Shown: positions 59,471 through 64,000 of the stretch, piece by piece
Position numbering within the stretch: position 1 is the first letter of the stretch
Layout: the number at the start of each line of letters is the position of its first letter
Assembly: GCA_963768055.1 (NCBI GenBank)
Contig: CAVYGN010000002.1
Coordinates: forward strand, 1,152,001-1,216,000
DNA: 64,000 nucleotides
DNA from: an uncultured Spirochaetota bacterium
Lineage (GTDB): Bacteria; Spirochaetota; Brevinematia; Brevinematales; JAOACQ01
Direction of reading: 5' to 3'
Translations under genes and position numbers: made by a program
Notes under the pieces: model-generated
The model's database searches: none
What the model was told of the DNA's origin: nothing
What the model saw: the letters and a program-made list of their open reading frames with translations, nothing else

Positions 59471-60711
59471 ATGCCTGTTCAAACTATAATCATGGCCGAG
59501 ACCCTTTTTGACGGTAAAAAAAAAGATGATAACTGCTATATTGTGATCGAAGGGGATAAAATAACTGATATTACAAAAAAAAGATCCGGTACAATTATTC
59601 AGGCATTGTCACGCCTGCTTTTATTGATGCGCATTCCCACATCGGGATGCACCGGAGCGGTGAGCCTGATAGCGAGGGTGAAGGCAACGACCGCATAAGC
59701 CAGATAACCCCTTTGCATAATCCGATTAACAGCATCTACTTCGATGACAGCGCCTTTTTAGAAGCGGTATCGTTCGGAGTGCTTTACAGCTGTGTTGTTC
59801 CGGGAAGCGGAAACCTGCTGGGCGGGCGTGCGATAGTGATAAGGAATTTCGCGCAGGACAGGAGCGAAGCTGTCGTCCATGATTTCGGCTATAAAATGGC
59901 TCTGGGTTATAATCCCCGTTCGACGGAAAATTGGAAAGGCGACCGCCCGAACACCAGGATGGGCATTTACAGTATGCTGGAAAAGAAATTTGACAGCGTT
60001 CTTTTGAAAAAAGAAAAGGCCGATCTTAGCAGGGAAAGGAAGCTCCTGGAACTTGAACGGAATTTGAAGTGGAAAAAGATCCGCCTTTCAGAAAAAGCCA
60101 AAGAATTGGAAATGATAGATATGGAACACCGCCTGGATTTTGATGCCGATGAACAAGCGATACTGGAGCTATTAACGCGGAAGAAAAAAGCCAAGGTCCA
60201 TGTCCACAAAGAGGACGACGTCCTGTATCTGATGGGATTGGTCAAAAAATACGGCCTTTCGGTAAGCGCAGACCACCTGGGGGATGTCTTTCATATTGAA
60301 ATATTCGATACTCTTGCCAGGGAAGGTATTCCAATCGTTTACGGCCCCCTGGGTTCGTTCCCATACAAAGTTGAGCTCAAGCATGACAGTTTTGATAATA
60401 CAAAAATATTGATGGGCTCAAAAGCCTTCTACGGCCTGATGACGGACCATCCTGTAATTATGACCCCGAACCTTCGGGATTCCCTGAAATATTTCCTCAT
60501 ATTCGGAATGAAAGAAGAGGAAGCGATAGGCATAATTACATTTAAAAATGCTAAAATATTGGGGATTGATGACAGGCTGGGCTCTGTCGAACCTGGAAAA
60601 CTTGCCAGCCTGGTTGTCTGGGATAAAAATCCGCTCAATTTTTCTGCTTTTCCAAAATATGTAATGGCGGAAGGAAAAATAATCCGGGGCAAAGCCCGGG
60701 AGGTTGTGTGA
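59471..60711 (+). pseudogene. Amidohydrolase family protein, frameshifted at an A8 run
   Basis: Adding one A at 59575-59582 joins the ORFs through TPAFIDAHSHIG; also KVHVH, TDHP, GSVEPGKLA. Confidence 0.85.
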
Positions 60712-62234
60712 ATAAAAAGATCCTGATAATAGGCGCCGGTATAGCAGGGCTTTCTGCAGGCTGTTATGCCAGGATGAACGGGTACGACACTGAAATCTAT
60801 GAAATGCATTCAAAGCCGGGCGGATTGTGTACTGCCTGGAAAAGAAGCGGTTATACAGTAGACGGCTGCCTCCACTGGCTTACCGGATCGGCTCCCGGCA
60901 GTATGTTTTATAACTTCTGGGAAGAACTTGGCGCCGTTCAAAACAAAAAGATGTATAACCCGGAGATATTCTTACGTTTCGTGGATAAAGACAACCGGAT
61001 ATTTAACCTCTATACGGATGTCGATAGGCTTGAAAAACATATGATCGAATTCTCACCCCGGGATGAAGCCTCTTCTATCGAATTTTGCCGGCTTATCCGT
61101 GTTTTTTCCTTATTGAAAATGGATATGAATAAAGCGCGGGAATTGATGAATATTTTTGATATGTTGAAAATGATGAAAAATTTAAAACCCGGGATGAAGG
61201 AACTGATCTACTGCATCAAAACAAGCAACCGGGAATTTGCTGAAAAATTTCAAGACCCGATTTTATCCGAGTGTATTATGAATATTCTTGCACCGGAAAC
61301 ATCACTCATAGCACTTGTGATGACAATGGCCGGCCTAAATACCCGGTCAAGCGGTTTCCCTGAAGGCGGCTCCTTTGAATTTACGAAATCGATTGAAAAT
61401 AGGTACCTGGGCCTCGGCGGGAAAATATTTTACAACAAAAAGGCCGAAAAAATTTTAGTTAAGAATAACAAAGCTTACGGTATCAGGCTTGAAGACGGTT
61501 CGGAGATATCTTCCGATATAGTCATTTCGGGATCCGATCTGAAAACGGTCCTGGATAAATTGCTTGAAGGAAAATTTAATTTTCCGATGTACAGCTATTT
61601 ATTTGATAATACGGACACAATTCCTACCACTTTACAGGTATCTTTCGGGATAAACAGGGATATTGCGGATGATTCCGACGCTGTGGCCGTTATTTATAAA
61701 CTAAGCGATCCTATAGAAATTGCGGGTAATAAAAAGGAATACATGTTTATAAGGAACTATCACTTTGATAAAACCATGTCCCCTGAAGGAAAGACCTTTA
61801 TGATGTCGCTTATAACCACCGATTATGATTACTGGGAAAATCTTTATCGTGATAAAGAGGCTTATCAAAAAGAAAAAGACAAAATTGCTGAAGCAGTCCT
61901 GGATGTGATCGATTCGAAATATCCGGGGACCCGGGCTCTTGTCGAGGTCGTGGATGTAGTTACCCCCATGACTTATTACCGCTATACCGGTAACTGGAAG
62001 GGCAGATTTATGTCATGGATCATGAACCCGGGCAACGCAGGTAAATTGCAAATTATTCCCAAGCGGGTCAAAGGTTTGAACAATTTTTATATGACCGGAA
62101 TGTGGGTAATGGCGCCCGGCGGTGTTCCTTCGGGGGTAAAAACCGCCCGTGACGTGATCCAGATCATCTGCAGGAAAGACCGCAGGAGATTTAATACCAG
62201 CAAACCCGAAGCTGTCTTTTCCCAAGGAAAATAA
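60708..62234 (+). CDS. Phytoene dehydrogenase-like FAD oxidoreductase
   Basis: IIGAGIAGL, E....PGG, TP.T..RYT, G.W..PGGVP. Confidence 0.9.
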   Translation: MNKKILIIGAGIAGLSAGCYARMNGYDTEIYEMHSKPGGLCTAWKRSGYTVDGCLHWLTGSAPGSMFYNFWEELGAVQNKKMYNPEIFLRFVDKDNRIFNLYTDVDRLEKHMIEFSPRDEASSIEFCRLIRVFSLLKMDMNKARELMNIFDMLKMMKNLKPGMKELIYCIKTSNREFAEKFQDPILSECIMNILAPETSLIALVMTMAGLNTRSSGFPEGGSFEFTKSIENRYLGLGGKIFYNKKAEKILVKNNKAYGIRLEDGSEISSDIVISGSDLKTVLDKLLEGKFNFPMYSYLFDNTDTIPTTLQVSFGINRDIADDSDAVAVIYKLSDPIEIAGNKKEYMFIRNYHFDKTMSPEGKTFMMSLITTDYDYWENLYRDKEAYQKEKDKIAEAVLDVIDSKYPGTRALVEVVDVVTPMTYYRYTGNWKGRFMSWIMNPGNAGKLQIIPKRVKGLNNFYMTGMWVMAPGGVPSGVKTARDVIQIICRKDRRRFNTSKPEAVFSQGK

Positions 62235-62413
62235 CGCGCCCCATCATTTCGGAATCCCTTAAATGGGATAAAATACCCATTGATATTCATAGTATATAAT
62301 GATAAACTCTTGGACTGGCGTCTCAGGGGTATTATGTGATAATACTGGGATAATATTTGAAGTTAATTTGCAAAAAAGCTAAAATAGAAAATGGCGGCGG
62401 GGTCCTCTGGAAT

Positions 62414-63646
62414 ATGTTTAAACTGATAATTTATAATGTTTTCAGGCACAAATTCCTATTCATCCTGATAGGCTTTATGGTTATGCTTCTTTGTTTTTAT
62501 CTGATGATAGGGCTTAATATGGTTTTTTCTGTCTCGGAATCTCTGACAACAGCGGTATCGGAAAACATGACGGGAAATGTTATCATTGCTTCGTCTAAAG
62601 CCAGGCATATCGATGTTATAACTAAAGAAGGTGAAAAGAAGATAATTCCGCTTGAAAAATGGGAGGAACTCCTTTCATTTCTCAGGTCAAGAGATTATGT
62701 CATTAACGCATCTCCGCGGCTTCGAGTATGGGGATTGGTTAAATCAGATTTAAATGAGATGTCCATGATCATTACCGGGATAGATCCCGAAAGCGAGGGC
62801 AATCTTTTACCCAATCGTGTCCTTTTATCCGGCCGTTGGGTGAGGACCTCGAACGAGATCGCAATGTATTACAGGCATTCTGAATTTTTAAGCACTTCGA
62901 ATAACGAGGTCCTCGGCATAGCTGTTATGACGGTGGACGGATACCAGAATTTCGATACCAACAGGCTGGTAGGCATATTCGATTATAAAGACCTGGCTTT
63001 CTACACCGAGTTTGCGTTTTACGGGCTTGTAACGCTGGATAGCCTGAATTCGCTGATGATGACAAAGTCAAAAACAGCGAGCGAGATATTCGTCAGGCTC
63101 AAGGGTAATAAATATCTGGACGTGATGAAAAGGGATATTGCTGCAAATTTCGGGAATAATTACCGCTTAATCCTTCCCCAGGATTCCTCGAATATTGTTA
63201 ACGGTATTTACCTTCTTACGCAATTTTCAGTCTGGTTCGTGGCGGTATTGCTGATCCTTATGGTATATCTCTGCAGTTCCTTTCTTGTGAATATCTCGAT
63301 CGAGACCCGGAGGCAGGAGATAGGTATCTATCAGGCCCTGGGGGTAAAAAAATGGAGGATCGGGCTGCTTTTCGGCGGAGAATTCCTTTTTGTCCTGATA
63401 CTATTCGGGATTATAGGCATCGTGTTGGGATGGATGGCTGTAGAAAATATTGCAACTAACGGGATCGAGGCAACGATCATTCCCCTGCAATTGATATTCG
63501 GGAGGTCGGTGCTCTATATTCAGAGTTATCCCGGGACTTTGTTAGTGCTTTGCCTTATTCTTTTCATTACTTTAATCGGCAGCGTCCTTAACGCGATCGT
63601 AAAACTTGCAAGGCTGGATCCTGTCGAAGTTATGAGGGAACTATAA
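62414..63646 (+). CDS. ABC transporter permease (FtsX/LolE family)
   Basis: N-terminal TM, periplasmic domain, RRQEIG...ALG, LDPVEVMR. Confidence 0.88.
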   Translation: MFKLIIYNVFRHKFLFILIGFMVMLLCFYLMIGLNMVFSVSESLTTAVSENMTGNVIIASSKARHIDVITKEGEKKIIPLEKWEELLSFLRSRDYVINASPRLRVWGLVKSDLNEMSMIITGIDPESEGNLLPNRVLLSGRWVRTSNEIAMYYRHSEFLSTSNNEVLGIAVMTVDGYQNFDTNRLVGIFDYKDLAFYTEFAFYGLVTLDSLNSLMMTKSKTASEIFVRLKGNKYLDVMKRDIAANFGNNYRLILPQDSSNIVNGIYLLTQFSVWFVAVLLILMVYLCSSFLVNISIETRRQEIGIYQALGVKKWRIGLLFGGEFLFVLILFGIIGIVLGWMAVENIATNGIEATIIPLQLIFGRSVLYIQSYPGTLLVLCLILFITLIGSVLNAIVKLARLDPVEVMREL

Positions 63647-63647
63647 T

Positions 63648-64000
63648 ATGTTTACATTGATAATAGCTGAAATAACCGGCGGTTTTAAAAGAATTTGGAA
63701 ACTATATCTAACAAATATTATGTCTATAATGCTTATCATTCTCCTTTATGCTTATATAGACGGCTCGAGGCGGCAGCTTAATCTGCAGAACACGGTATTC
63801 TCGGGCGAGATCGTAGTAAAGATGGGCACTAATATAGATAATGTCGAGGGAACTATAGAGTCCAATATCAAACCTATTTTATATGTTGCGGAAAAGTTAA
63901 GCTCGGATGTGCAGTACAGCGTTCCGAGGGAGAGCAGTTCTTTTGCAAATAACGCCCAGCTTATAGGCGTCGATATGCAGAAAGATTTAAACCTCGCCTC
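63648..64000 (+). CDS. Second FtsX/LolE-type permease, truncated by the window end
   Basis: ATG just after the upstream stop; MFTLIIAEI...TM...SGEIVV open to the window end. Confidence 0.65.
   Translation, partial: MFTLIIAEITGGFKRIWKLYLTNIMSIMLIILLYAYIDGSRRQLNLQNTVFSGEIVVKMGTNIDNVEGTIESNIKPILYVAEKLSSDVQYSVPRESSSFANNAQLIGVDMQKDLNLA

Overview
Bacterial DNA in two parts. About 1-30.9 kb is a visibly AT-rich accessory/defence island. It holds four IS elements (two IS21, one IS3, one IS1182; three with readable target-site duplications), a toxin-antitoxin-SecB (TAC) operon, three type II TA pairs (HicAB, RelE-type, HigBA) and a BglII-like endonuclease plus MT-A70 methyltransferase beside a serine resolvase. 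It also holds a NYN nuclease, an Abi-like protein, a class III nucleotide cyclase, a 7x117-bp repeat lipoprotein and several gene relics. About 31-64 kb is more GC-rich ordinary metabolic, signalling and envelope genes. The main unexplained structure is non-coding: (i) five 38-bp Tn501/Tn1721-type inverted repeats with no Tn3 transposase, two of them forming a 194-bp MITE; (ii) a ~26-bp motif TGTGGATCC..TTCTAACAA that delimits a cassette-like array of single minus-strand genes; (iii) a ~310-345-bp internally palindromic repeat that brackets the TA modules; (iv) a candidate ~58-nt RNA with its own promoter and terminator, convergent on the NYN gene. Five genes carry single-base frameshifts, mostly in homopolymers, which may be assembly errors. 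No rRNA, tRNA or CRISPR array was seen. All calls come from motif recognition by eye, not database searches.
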